Shown: one piece after another, positions 12,298-26,200 of the stretch
Layout: each line of letters starts with the position of its first letter
How positions within the stretch are numbered: the stretch's first letter is position 1
DNA from: Podarcis filfolensis
Lineage: Eukaryota
Reading direction: 5' to 3' (one strand)
NCBI GenBank assembly: GCA_964270895.1
Contig: OZ185436.1
Length of the DNA stretch: 64,000 bases
Program-made: the position numbers and the translations under genes
The notes under the pieces: model-generated
What the model saw: the letters and a program-made list of their open reading frames with translations, nothing else
What the model was told of the DNA's origin: nothing
Databases searched by the model: none

Positions 12298-13299
12298 TGA
12301 ATTCAGTTTCTTAACTGAAGCATAGGATAAATAAATGCTTGACCTGACAAACTGGTTTTAGGAAGCTTATTGAGTGAAAGGCTCTCTTGAGTAATAAAAA
12401 GAGCTCTGGAACTGTGGTGACCCAATACTTGATAAATTCCTAATCTAAATTCAATTCGTGTGCCGATAAGGAAACAAATTTCCAAACTTACATATGCCAT
12501 TTTATGCAATTTTAGCCAAGCTGCTAACTAGGGATATCTCTGCAATAGCTAAAAGACAGGCCATGGAATCTTACTCTTTAGAGGTTTTCAGAAAAGAACA
12601 GGGAAAGAACTTCCTCCCAACTGGCTACTGAAGGTCATAGGCAGAAGTATTTCCAAGGCACAACAGCCCTGTTACCTGGAGGCAACAAGGTGAGAGGATG
12701 GGCTATGTGATTAAATCAGTGCTAAGAGTGTCCCTGTTCTCAGGCTCACAATCTAAAAATACACAATACACAGGAAGGAGGTATATGTATTATTATGGGT
12801 ATGGTTGCAGGGAGCTGACGTTGCTAGTGGAACCAGTGGCTACCTTGCTGATGCAAATTTACTATGCCAAAATCTTTGCTTCAGGTTGCACAGCACCTTT
12901 TCTCTATTCAGGAATGGCACTGGTTGCTTAACATAAGGCTGGGTTTCCCTTTGTTGTGGAAAGCTACTCCCATCCTCCCTGATCTGGCTGAGGTGGTTGA
13001 GAGTTCTGTATCCCTGCTGCCCATTCTGGCTGCCCTGACCTCCCTCCCTGTGTTAGTGGCTGGGTCCCCCACCAAACTCAAAAACAGAACAGGGCAGTCA
13101 GCTATTCATTGACAAGGGGAAGAGGTTGGCCACCCTGAGAAGAGTATGCTGGAGTAGGCGGGTCATGGGCTTCATCCAGCAAGCTGTTGTGGAAGCTTAT
13201 TTCCCAAAGATGGAACAGAAAGGGGGCATCCTTATGTCTTCCCCCACCCTGTATTTTCATGCAGAAAATTAAATCCTGGTGTTCCTCACACACCTCGAG

Positions 13300-14200
13300 G
13301 CACTGATATAGATAAGCTCCTCAGGCCCTCCTGGCACGTCGCTGTCAGTCACGTCCACAACAGCGACTGTGCCTACTTATTGTCCGCCCAGCCCAGCCCA
13401 GCCCCTCGCTCGAGGAGAGGAAGTCGCCAGGTGCCTGCGAGGCTGAGGCAGCCGCCTCCTTCCCTCAGCGCTTCGCCGGCCGCCCAGAGAAGTTGGCGGG
13501 GTGGGTGGAGCCGGGGTGGAGGCAGCAGCGCCTCGCTCCATTCGCCTCAGTAGTGCCGGCGGGCGCGTCGTTTCTCTTGCGCAGCGGCGGGGCGGGATCT
13601 GTGCCTTCGGCGAGCCCTTCACAGCCTCTGTCACGCTCCCGGCTCCCGCTCTGGTTTCCTTCGGCGGCGATGAAGTGAGCTGGAGACTGAAGCTGCTCCG
13701 TTTTCGCTCAGCGCTCAGGACCGAGGCGGGATGATCCTCACGCGTAAGTGGCTTCGCCTGGGGGAAGTTCTGGCAGCGAACGAGGCGCCTTCAAACGGAG
13801 AGCGGGAGTTTGGGGAGACCGAGGAGCCGCAAGCGCCACGCAACAGGGAGGGGGTTGTTTCTCGGGAAGGGGCTGCGGGTTTTGCCCGCGGAGGACGAGA
13901 GGTTTTCCCAGACTCGAGGAGGATTTTGTGCCTGGGTCGGGTAGTTGCCGAGCTTGGCTTTTCGCTTGGGGTTGGCTGGGTTATTTGAAGGGGTTGAAGT
14001 TTGGGGAACGTACAGGTTTGTTTGCGCGCATGTTGAACACAAACGCGACCCCTTTTTTTTTGCAGCGGGGCGGGGTAAGATACTAGTTTCAGTAAATATA
14101 ACGCACATTGACTGCAGAACGTGTTTTAGGAAAGATGTATGCCGTTAATAGTGTTGTGAAATACGAACTCACTCCAGCATGGTGATCCGGCAGAGATTGT
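13300..14200 (+). promoter_or_regulatory. CpG island / promoter and 5' UTR of the DLC-like gene
   Basis: Abrupt GC- and CpG-rich segment surrounding exon 1, with GC-box-like sequences (e.g. ggggcggga near 13589) and a short (CCCAG)3 run near 13386. Confidence 0.85.
13731..13743 (+). CDS. DLC-like exon 1 (MILT + first base of Q)
   Basis: ATG ATC CTC ACG C|GTAAGT within a CpG island; an in-frame TGA lies upstream at 13671; joins exon 2 to give MILTQIEAKE as in the DLC1 short isoform. Confidence 0.88.
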
Positions 14201-17200
14201 GCCTCGCCGTAAAACAAATCCATCGTCTGCGCCCCGTTTTGTCACGTGTGGAAGCTGGCAGAAGCTGGCTAGCTATCTTTCCTGGAGCGAAGCTTTTGAG
14301 TGAGTGAGAGCGTTTTCTACTTAAGTGAAAGAATAATAATACTAATCTGCCACTGTTGGGCTTCTAAACAGCCCTAACTCAGCTCTGAAGAATGTAGGTC
14401 AGCAGTGGTGGAACATTTAAGGTTAGTTCTCTTTGCAATCCAGACAGTTGGAAAAGGATCCATGGAACTGATTTAAAGCTGAATCTTCACTCTCACACAA
14501 CTATCTCATAAAACCAACGTATGAGGGATGTTCCCACTCCATAGAGACAGAAGTGATGCTAACAAGTTCCCAGTGAGCACCTTTGATATTAGCAGAATGA
14601 AGTGCTGCAACCTGCAATTTTGTACATGGAGGGTGAGACTGAAGAGAAGACCTCCTATTCTAGACCGTATATTCTGGTACCCTCTATCTCAGTGGTTCCC
14701 AGTTAGGGGTCCAGGGACCCCTGGGAGTCTGCAGAATACCCTTGCCTCCCCCAACTATTTTTTTTTGTCATTTTTGCATGGTAATATCACAAGTTTTATG
14801 GTATGTTTTAGCACTGTGTGTTTTTTAAATATATTGGCCAAAATTGGTTTCAAAATCACACCAAAGTAATGATTTTGACCCAGCAATACATCACTCGTTG
14901 CATGAGGAAGAGCAGGGGCAGCCAATTTCAAGGCACTGACTGCCACCACTCCGTCTCCTTCCCCCACCCATTCAATCCCTGTGGCTGTTCCTTCCCTCAT
15001 CCCCATGCCTGATCTCCAATTTCAGACATTGGGATATATCAGAATATCATGATGTTTAACTGCTGATATATCATGATGTTGAAAACCAGATATCGCTCAG
15101 CCCTATGTTTTTTAGCATACCTAAAATCTTTTGCTTATTAGGGGCATCCCAACGTTTTGTTTAAAAAATTGCTTTGCAGAAGTAGCTACCATAGTTGTCA
15201 AAATTTTCAAAAGTAGAGGGTCCGTGGCTTGGCTTTTGAAAAATAAGGGGTCCTCAGTAATTAGCAAATTGGGAACCACTGCTGACTTTTTAGTTATGCA
15301 GTACTTGCAAAATACTTTTCAATTTTACCTTACTATTCTGATACAGTAGGCACCTTGTGAATTGGAGCTCACCAACACCGCTGATGACAATAGTGACTTG
15401 TACTTAACAGTATGGTCATGTGTATGCCAGATTTAGAGCCATACCTTTTTCTTGACACTTTTGTGGAACAGCAAAAATGCTCATGCATGTGGCTATGCAG
15501 GAGGAAACTTACTGCTGCTTCACTCCTCCCGGCCACTGCTGTGTATCCAGAGCTAAGCCATGGTTTGGGTAAGTGAACCTGAGCTTGTGTTTTGCCTCAC
15601 CCAAACAAACCTCAAGTGATAAACCAAGCACAAACCTTGATTACAACTTATGGTTTGCTATGGCTTCCATGAGACTGGGTCTGAACACAATACTGAGACA
15701 AACCGTAACTATCTTATGGGTAGCAACAAGGCCAGGGGAGGAGCAGAGTGGCAGCAATTTTCTCCCTTAGTACCCACACACTTGCCCCTTCTAAGTCCTA
15801 GTTTGACTTAGCATTAAATTTGAACCAGACCATTCTATGATAGTCTGAGCATAGATTTAAATGAAGAAATTCTTCATTAAGACATGATGTGGCATCCAAA
15901 GGATAGTTGGTTGAGGTTCATTCAACTTTATTATGATTTTCATAGAGACATATATGCAATAAAATAAGCTTATCTGTCTGAGCACAGTATGTGAAAACAT
16001 TTATTTTTGGGAATAGGTGCTTTATTTGAAGTACTAATAAAATTAATAGGCAGCATGTCCTTGCCTTACTGTTAACTCCCCAGCTGCAGAGACAGCCAAG
16101 AACAAGAATGATACAACAGAAGGCTGCACAAAGGGTCTTGTCAGAACAGTTGCTGATGGGATAGACTCTGGTTCTATAGGTAATGTGCATTTCAGTGTGT
16201 GACATCTGGCTTCTGCAGCTGTCAGGCAGATAGATCCCATGCATATTGACTGGTTCTGGAGCAGATGGAGGGCGTTGGAAGAAGAACAATAGAGTTAAGT
16301 TTCCAAGAACAGGAGGAGTAGGAGGCAAAACATTAGTTTAGTTCTGGGGCAGTTTGCTTTTTATTCTTCAGAACTAGCAAACACAATGTTTTGTTTCGTT
16401 TTTAATTGTGTTAGGCTTTTCGTTTTGCTGCCACAATGACATTAGTATGCAAAAGCGAACACCTACAAGTATTGGTACAAATAGTAATGGGAGCAAAACT
16501 ATCTTAATGTATTTTTTTTCAAAGCTGGGAATCTTATTCCAATGGTAAAACATAGGATTTTAGTGCCAGTTCTATATAAAATGTTTAGATTATTGAAATG
16601 TGGTGTTGTACATGCAGCTACCTGTAAAACTCTATGGAAGATTCAGTTAGTCCAAAATAGGGCTGCAAGGTTGTTAACTGGGATTGGACTTCTACCTTTG
16701 GTTATTGCTTTTAGCCAGGTTACTTCCCATATGTTCCTTCCTGGACCTTGAGGTGATTATTAGTAACCTTCTCCCAAGTGTCACTGCCAAGTGAGGTCCC
16801 GTAAGTGACTATGAGTCAGAAGGGCCTTCTCTGTGACCACCCTGGTTGCGAAATGCTTATCCCCAGTGAGGCTTCTCTGAGGCCCGCTTTGTATTTATTT
16901 TGGCACTAGGCAAAAACATTTATTTCCCAAGCTTTTAATGGGTAGTTTAGGACCTTTTTAAAGTTTTGAGGTCATGACTGTCTAATTTGCCATGATCTGT
17001 GGTGTGTTTGTATTTTTATTGTAATTGTATTTTAATTTAGCTAGATCTAGACTTTGAATGGAAAGGCTTGTGATCTAGTAGAAGAAGCCTGCTGATGGAA
17101 TGGAGAGTGAAACAACATTTGTTTACTCCCCACCCCCTTTACAGCCCTTATGCCCCACTAAAAATATGCTCTGTAGGGGTTGGGGGATTCTATGCAATAG

Positions 17201-20200
17201 CATGAGAGGTGGCACTGGGGGTTATAGGAGGAAGTGGGATTCAATGAAAATACTCCCATCACTGTTTTCTCCTGGCAGGAGCATCCTGAGCAGAACTCCA
17301 CCAGGTGATGCTGCTACCAGTGCCCACAAACTTTGGAGCCAAACCCTTTTGCTTACATATTGTGTTAACAGTTTTTATGCACACCAGACACAGAGGAGCA
17401 TAGAAATACCACAAGCAAATTCTATACTTTGGATTGGAATTAACGTTCAGTTGAGATGCCAGTATCATTTTCATGTAAATGCAATAATCAAGACGTAAAG
17501 CAACAAAGAACAGTAGAAGAGAAACATTCTGCTTTTGGGATATGTATGGGCATTTTGAAATCTTAATATGGAACTAAATGTTTGAGATTTACTCAGCTCT
17601 TTCAGGTCTCCACTACCCCACGACATGGGAAGCTGGAAATGGTGGTTGTGCATCAGATATTATTGTTGTTAAATTCAAACATAGTTTATGCATATAATTG
17701 GTTCTCATTTGCATCTAAGCTTAAAAACTGTGTATAAGATATAAAGCTGAAAGAGGTGGCCAGGTGATGAACTTAAATCAGATGTCAGTATAATGGCATT
17801 TCCTTCTCTAACCACCAAAGATAGTTAAAAATGAATTACTTAGTATATATGTTTACTGTCAACTAGAAATTTTTATATTCTGTAGCTTTAAACAAGGGTC
17901 TTTTAGAAGTAAGTACCAGTTTAGATTGTTAAAATGAAATACTTGGAATATTAGTTTTTATTTTTTTATTTTTTAAAAAGTTTTCAATAATAAAGCATTG
18001 TAACAAAGCACAAATATCAAAAGTAACCAATGCTCAAATATGTTAGACAATGGTAAAGGACAGGCATTATTCCTACTTGCATTTCTATAAAATAAAGTTT
18101 GGTTTTCATTCTTCTGGCTGCTACGTGATTACTTTCTGCTTGTGTGTTTAATGTATTTTCACAGTAATCATAATGATGCATGCAATTAGAAGTGGATATG
18201 CTATTGAAATAACTGGAATGGAAGCATGCCAGATTATGTTAATCAGTTTTGCATTAGTTTGCTTCATACCTAAGGGGAAGCTGGCTTAATTTTCTTCAGT
18301 GATAGTTGTAAATGTTGCTTAAGGAAGATTTGGTATCTTGTGCCTCAGCACAGAAGAAAATTAATAGCACATTCTTCCTGTTTTCTCAGGCACAGACTGA
18401 TCTGACCTGCTAGCATCCTTTTTAAAGTATTTGTCCTGTATAGCACTCAGAATGAAAAATTAACCAGAATTCATAACACATGTTTGTATGATTTCTCAAA
18501 AGGATCTAGCAGTGATAGTTTTATTAAGGAAGAACAATTCATTTTGAACTTCTGCTTGTTCTTTAATCTTTGAGTAATGAGGCCTGCAGGAAGTGGAAAC
18601 ATTCAACTGTTCAAATGTTTAGAAAGCCAGGAAATGTGTTACATACAAAGAGTAGGGGGTCATGTCAGAGCTGGCTCTGGAATCTTGCACTGTATGCCAG
18701 TGGTTCCATAAAATATATTTAAAGCCCTGTCATCTTTTTTTCCTTTAGCAAATGCCACTCAATGGAAACTAGAAAATAAAAAGACTGATACTGGAGCATT
18801 CTTTGAAAAGGCAGCCCTGGAATGAGATACACAAAAGAAGTTGCCCAATTTGAATCTGTCTCCTGCTAAACAAGCTTCTTTTAAGTAGCTTTTCACAAAA
18901 AACAAACAAACCTAGGGCTTGCCACATATTTTTTCTCTGTTGGTGGCATGTATGGGAAATATGACAGTCAACATGTCAATTTTTTTATGAAAACAGACTT
19001 TGCTGACTGGCTGATTTAGGGTGTTCATGCCAAGTGAAATATCCCTGGTTCTTTATAAATTTCAGTATGTGTGGCATAGTGGTGCTCCATGTGGCTGGTC
19101 TCAATCCTTCAGCCCCATGTTGATGTCCTGGAAGCGCAAAATTTTGAGCAGGGAAGTTTGTTATTGAATACTTGGTACTCAGCTAGTCCCACGTAAAGCT
19201 CTTGCTTCTACATTCCACACATCTAAGGCTCCTGCCTTAAACTTAAAATCATTTTTGTAAAGAAAAGTTGTTCTCCATAATATTGTTTTGGAATTGCATA
19301 TACCAATAAAAGTTGGTTAGTCATCAATGTGAAACTAGGACATTATTATTATTATTATTATTATTATTACTGAAAATTTGTTTGATAAGAAACAAAGCAA
19401 AACTTGTGAGACTCTGGAAATATTTTTTGATACTCTTTTCTCTAAGCTGATAACTTAATGATGACTATTTTGAGGAAAGGTACACTATAAATTAATAATA
19501 ATGCATTCCATCAGGAAAGCTTTGCCAGCTGGTGTGTGTGTGTGTGTGTGTGTAGGGATCCTTTTCAGTCAGCAGTCAGAAGGCCTTGGGTGGACATATG
19601 AGGGCTGTAACATGAACTGGACTAGAGGAGAGAACAGCCTGCGGCCTTCCTTAACAAGAGACACAGTAACTTGCAATATTGGTTCACTTTGGAGACTGAT
19701 GGCTTATGCTCTTCCAGAAGTATATTAAATATGTTTACATTTTTAAGGCATCTGGTGAATGTTCTGTAGTTCTGCAAAGTTGTGTTTTTCCTTTTTCCTG
19801 TGGGAATGTTATACTGTTAGCCACAGGATTTTTATTAATTGCCACAAAATAAGTCATTAGTTTTTAGTTCCTGACATCTGTTTTTGTGAACTAGATGCCA
19901 GGTGTTATAGATAGTGAGCTGTAAAACAAATAGTAAAATACTTTAGGAAATAGGTGGGCCATATGTAGCATGGTTGTTTCCTCAAAGCACCACAGAACAC
20001 CTTCCAAGCCACCAGAGCGCCTAGTTGTACACTCTAAAGCAACAAGCATTTCTCGGCACACTGGAGGCATTAGCCTCATTAGCCTTGTTTTCAAACCGTC
20101 ATCATTTCTCAAATGCAGAAAGTGTGTCTCACAAATAATTTCTCAGTGTTTAGACAAAAGTATTGTTCTGACTATACAAAAGATGCATCTGAGCAGGAAA

Positions 20201-23200
20201 ATCACTAGGGGCACTGAGTAAGTAAAGCTATTATACTCAATGCCACCAGCTTAGACGCAACTGCATGTCAAAAGCATCTGTTGTATGCTTGGATACTCAG
20301 AATGAGATATGTGTATGAAGAGTACGCCGATCAGAAGGTCGGCGGTTCGAATCCCCGTGACGGGGTGAGCTCCTGTTGCTTGGTCCCTGCTCCTGCCAAC
20401 CTAGCAGTTCGAAAGCACGTCAAAGTGCAAGTAGATAAATAGGTACCACTCTGGCGGGAAGGTAAACGGCGTTTCCGTGAGCTGCTCTGGTTCTCCAGAA
20501 GTGGCTTAGTCATGGTGGCCACATGACCCGGAAGCTGTACAACGGCTTCCTCGGCCAATAAAGCGAGATGAGCGCCGCAACCCCAGAGTCAGTCACGACT
20601 GGACCTAATGGTCAGGGGTCCCTTTACCTAACTATTAAGAGTACAGGCAACCCCTGGTTTAGGCGAGTCCAAATGATGTATGCCAAACCCAGAAGTATCC
20701 CCAAAATGTCATAAAAACGCCATGAAAAGGGGCAGAGTAGACTCATGCACTCTGCCGACGCACCTGGGGATCTGGAACACAAAACGAGGATTGCCTGTAA
20801 TATATTAAAAGGTAGGGAGGAAAGAAAACGGGTTGCTTTAAAGATAGTAGCATAGCTTAACAATGGTTTGTTGTTGTTGTTGCTCAGTATTGGAAAGCAA
20901 AACTTAATTTGTGTTCTTTTTTGTTTTGTTTTTAATTGCAGAAATTGAGGCCAAAGAAGCCTGTGATTGGCTGAAAGCTGCTGGCTTCCCCCAATATGCT
21001 CAGATGTTTGAAGGTACTACTTCACCCATGGCGTTCTGAGATGCAGAATAATTGAAAAGTATTGGCAACATGTTCCTTCCCTTTATAAACAGCCCCTCTT
21101 GTCGTCCAATATGCAGTCAGTTATAGGGAAATATCTAACCAGTTCATGGCTGACAAGGCCATCAGTGGCTACTAGCCATGGTGGCTGTGTTCTACCCTCC
21201 ATTGTCAGAGGCATTATGCCTCTGAATACCAGTTGCTGGGAATTGCAAGTGGGCTAAGGGCTGCTGTGCTCATGTCCAACTTGCAGGCTTCCCACAAGCA
21301 AACTGGTTGGCTTCTGAGAGAAGAAGATGCTGGGCCATTGGCTTGATCCAGCAGGCTTGTCTTATGCAAGCTTATTCAAGTTTATTTGTGTGCAGTGGGC
21401 AATTGGAACATAAAACATTTTATTATCTGCTAATTATGCTGTTTTAAATGTGCATTTTACATTTGACTTTCTTCTGTAATGTTTGCTTCTGGACTGTTTT
21501 ATTTGATTTTTTAATGTAGGTTGATTTTTTAATGTAGGTTGTGAGATTTTTTAAAATCAAAATATAAAATGATCTAGAAATGAACTTAGTGATAGACTCT
21601 TGACAATGTTATGAGTCTGTTTTGCATTATCTGCTTGTTCCTATCTCTGAGTAGACAATGGAGATAGAGATTGAGCATCTAATAATCAGTGGCTATGTTT
21701 GTAGGTAACGCTAAGCATAATCACAGATTAGCATGAATGCTGGGGAGGAGATTGCACCTACTTTGCACCTCTCTGGTCACTTTAGCTCAGTGATGACTTA
21801 GCATGTTGTCTGAATCCAGGGATGTGGTTAAGCTCTCTCCTCCTTAACCACAAGCTGCAGCTGAGGTTGCTTCTTGTCTTAACAGCCATGTCTAGCTGAA
21901 AGGACAAGGTAGGCACAAAGTGTGTGCAAGGTCCTCTCTGGGAGCTAGTGCATTTCTGCTGTCTTGGTAAGCCATAGTTTGCTAGGCCAGTGTTTATTTC
22001 CTTCATAGAAGATTTTGAACCTTTTTTGGTTAAAAATGAATCCTATCAGCTGGCAAGCTGATGGTGTGTTCATTTATAAATCTATGCTTTCTTCCTTGCA
22101 GAGATTGAGACCATTTTGAGTCTGGCAGCTGTCACTATAAAAAACCACTGCTTGGGGAGTTTGTTTGTTGTTGTTGTTGTTTTGTATTTTTATTAGAGAT
22201 TTTCTTGATTTACAGAAGTGGGGGGTTTGTTTTCGAGCTGATTTAAGAACTTGTGAAATTAATCCCCCTCTCAAAAAAATAATCATTTACCATTGTGAAC
22301 TCTGTTTTGCAGATATGCAGTTTCCTATTGACATCAAAACTGTCAGAAAAGATCATGAGTTTTTAGACCAAGATGCAATAGAATCCCTATACAGGTAAAC
22401 TTTGCTCTGAATTAAATAGATGTGTATTTAGATTGACAACCTGAGGCTTTAACTAAGTCAGTGGCTGTATCTTACTAGTTTCCTGTTTGGCTGTCTGAAG
22501 ACAGGCACATTACTATATAATTATTAGAATATTTGTAAGTAGTAAGAACTGCTATATGGCTGTACAAGTCTTCGAAGGGCTTTTTCTTTTGAAAGCTAGG
22601 ACAATTCCACACATACAGTGTTGCTGTCATGCTGTTGATTGCCTCCAAATCAACCTGGGTTTGCTCATGCATTATCCTCTAGACTGCCTAGGAATAGTCT
22701 TGTATCTTGTATGAACTGAAATAACAATTATTATTATTAATTTTATATACTACCTTTCATCTGAGGATCACAAGGCAGTTTACCATATAAAAACACAAAA
22801 ATGCATAACATAGTAACAAATAGAAACAATAGCCCTCCACAGTGTAAAAGGCCATAGATGGTTTAATTAGCTTGGGGAAAGAAGAATGATTTTGTTTTGT
22901 GACTAAAGATACTTCTGTTTTTGGATTGTTGGCTTTCTGAGAAAGTTAGTAGGTTATTTTAGAATGCTATTTTATATGTTATATTGCAATGGACCAACAC
23001 TGACTCCACCTCACATCCCTTATCTACTGACTTCCTTTATTTTACCTACACTAAGGAAGATCCCTCTCCCCCTGAATTCTAACTTTTCAGGGTGCCTAAT
23101 GTTTAGGAATAATCTGACCCAAACTACAGTGAATAAAAGTAGCAACATTTGCAAAATTATGAACCCTGGAATTATTCTCAGAAAGAGCTTTGGTAAGATG

Positions 23201-26200
23201 CTGCAGGCACAAAAGTGATGCTGACATTTTGCCAAAGCAGCTGTAGTAATATAGGTGCACTTTACAATTTATTTTTCTTTTTTTAAGGCAACAGTAGCTT
23301 TGCTAAATATATGACTCTTACCCACTCCAGGGGAGTACCGGAGTAATTGCTTAATTGCAAACAAATTGCACAACAATCTTTTTAAAAGCTGCTTAATTTC
23401 TCAACAGATCGCTTAAAGGCTTCATGTAACCCACACTAACACAATTTGGGCCTCCCTTTTAAATAGCTTCTCAAGATAAAAAGAACAAGTCTCTCTTCAT
23501 AGAGTCAGGTCTGAACTGGCAAATTTTTATTCATTGATCTATTGTTGAGGCTTTTATCAACTTGTGCAAAAGTGGAAAGATAAGAAGGTGCCAGGTGTTT
23601 GTAATTGGACTGCAAGAATTTGAGATTTATGAGTTACAGAAAAATCAAACTTTCTTGGAAATGACACGAACCCCTGTATTTTTATTTTTTGGGCTTCCGT
23701 TTATTCACTGCATAGAACAAAAGCACATCAGGAAATTTATATTATACCAGGCAATATGTATATATTAATAGTTTGCTTATATGTGCTACCTTGAATAAAT
23801 GATGTTACCCACATTAACTTTTTTAGCCATTACTTGCTGAAAGAGGGACTTGTTAACCATTCTTTAACGTTTTCTACCTGCATCTCAAGAAGGTTCTCAT
23901 GCACTTTTATCACTGTTGACATTTTGACCATTTTTGTGTTACCGAGGCATGATTTTGTACCTGTTTCCATTTGTATGTGTTTAAGAGCATTAATAGGGAA
24001 TTGTAGGGTTTTATCCAATATTAGTTATACTCAATGTAGACCTACTAAAATCAGTGGCCTTAAGTATATTAGATCCATTGATTTCAGTATGGATTATGGA
24101 TTATGGAGTATGGATTAGCTTCCCACATTATGAGCCAACTATTATTAGTGGAATACTGGAGCAAAATGAAGATGGCTTAATGAAATTACATGTTAATTTC
24201 CTTTAAGAACTTTAGTGGATTGGGAGCCATTTAGTACAAGAACCATTTAGTACAAGATTATAAGTAACCTCAGGTTAAACGTCTTAATGTGTGTCCCCCC
24301 CCCCTTCCAGGCGTTTGAATACACTGAACAAGTGCACAGCAATGAAGGTGGAAATAAGTCGGCAAAGAAAGAGGGTATGTTTCCAAATTATGCAAATGTT
24401 TTTATAAAAGAAACTCCTCAATATAAATTCAAAGGTGTTGACATAGAAGACTATAAACCACAGAGAGATTTAATTTTTTTACAATTTCTGTTTAATAATC
24501 AGCAAGCACCAGTTATTTATGACTGGGAACTGTTTGTGAGTTTTGTTGTGCTGAAGCTCTTCCTCAGTTACAAATATGTTTGAACCATTCTCAATTCTCA
24601 CCAGGAAGCCATGCCAATGGAATAATGTGAGAACCCAACCCTGAAGCTGAGCTCTGAATTGCCCACTTTGATTTTAGAGTTTTAGTAAGATAACTAGAAG
24701 CAGATGCAAAGTAAAAAAAAAAAAGCAAAACAACTCACCTAAGCTAGCATTAAGCAGAAATAGTTCTCAAGTGGTTTAAAAATCACTTTAGATTGAACCA
24801 TTGCAGCACTAAAATGTTGAGCATAAGTGCAGCTGATTGACCAAAGCATCCTTTTACATTACATGATGTCTTGGCTGCAATCCTTTGCATTTTCAAGGCA
24901 AGCTTTAGGGTGAAAATATTAGGTTGAATACTTTGAAAAGCACTGAATGCTTTGAAAAGCATTCTCACACACATGTAAAATATCGCAGGCCTAAAATCCA
25001 CCAGTCATAAGTATCTCCTACTGAAATCAGTTGGACTTGCTTAAGTAACTTGGATTCAAAGATGAGATCCATGAGTCTAGGCATATGTAGGGTAGGTGTC
25101 ACACTTCTTTTACCCATGGAATATGTGTCTGGAGTCAGAAGAGTTCTCTGCATTTTTGGAGTGGCTTTCTTGGCGTGTGGGAGAGCTGGCAATAGAAGGC
25201 AGGGACTGAACCATAATTGCATTGTAGTAAAATGTAACAATGAATATTAAATCAAAATTTTGATCAACTGTCTCATCTTTTTTTAACCTCTATTTTGTCT
25301 TAAGAGTGATGAATCTGAAGAGGATGAACCTTGTGCAATAAGCACCAAATGGACTTATGAGAAATGTAGTCGGAGATGGTCTCGGTTAGAATGCTCGGAA
25401 GGTTCTGGTACACCAGCCTTTGACGGTCTCAGACTTAAATGCTCTGGCAGTGGGGATATAGCCTTTTCTGATCAAGGGGAGCGAAATGACGAGTCTTCAA
25501 TTCACAGTTCTAGTAGCGGGGATAGTGATTTAATCAGCTTTCCAAAGACGTTTGAGGAGGTTGAGATGAGCAGGAGTTCTTCAACATGCTCCTCAAATAT
25601 ATTGGCATCTCCTGACTCTACCTTCAGTTGCTCTTCTTCACCTAGTGAAACCTTGAACATAATTAGTGAGGACAAGCTCTTGGATAAGCCACTACACAGA
25701 AAGGGAAGGAGTTTCTTAAAGAGAATGGAGAAGCTGCGCCTGCGAAGCAGCAGTTTGAAGAGAGAAGCACATTCAAAGGCCAAGCCCATTATTAGCGAGC
25801 CTATTCTTATAGAGGGACTAAATGAAGAAAAGCTGAAAAATTTCAATTGCGTAAGTATTTCTGACGTGTCTGAGAGTCAGCCGATGCAGCAGTCTTATTC
25901 CTCACAGACCTGCAGCAGTAGCAGCCAGTCTGAAAACAGCAGCACTGTGAGCACGCCGAGCCCCATTATCAAAATGAGGAGACACAGTAAAAGAGAAGGA
26001 ATGTATGGAGAAGAATTTGATTCCAGCAAGTTTTCCTTGTGGAATTATATTTCGGAGCATAACGAGATACATTTGCACAAGAACAAAGTGTTTCAAGTAC
26101 CTCAAGGCCATAAACCTGGGACTTTCCCCAAAGCCCTTACATACAGCCTCTTGTCTCCAATGGACAACACTTCTGTGAACTGGAGAACTGGGAGTTTTCA

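Noticed and set aside
1-13300. Expected PANK3 terminal exons, miR-103, or longer DLC1-type upstream exons
   Set aside because: No PANK3 C-terminal coding sequence, no miR-103 mature sequence and no convincing spliceable DLC N-terminal exons were found by eye.
13377-14148. Cluster of 60-112 aa ORFs on both strands
   Set aside because: CpG-island artefacts. Only the 13 nt of exon 1 has homology and a strong donor site.
20326-20360. tRNA-like B box GGTTCGAATCC
   Set aside because: Part of a 5'-truncated Sauria SINE; no A box or cloverleaf, so not a tRNA gene.
21505-21540. Short perfect tandem duplications (18 bp x2 here; 15 bp x2 near 24228)
   Set aside because: Ordinary slippage duplications in introns with no sign of function.
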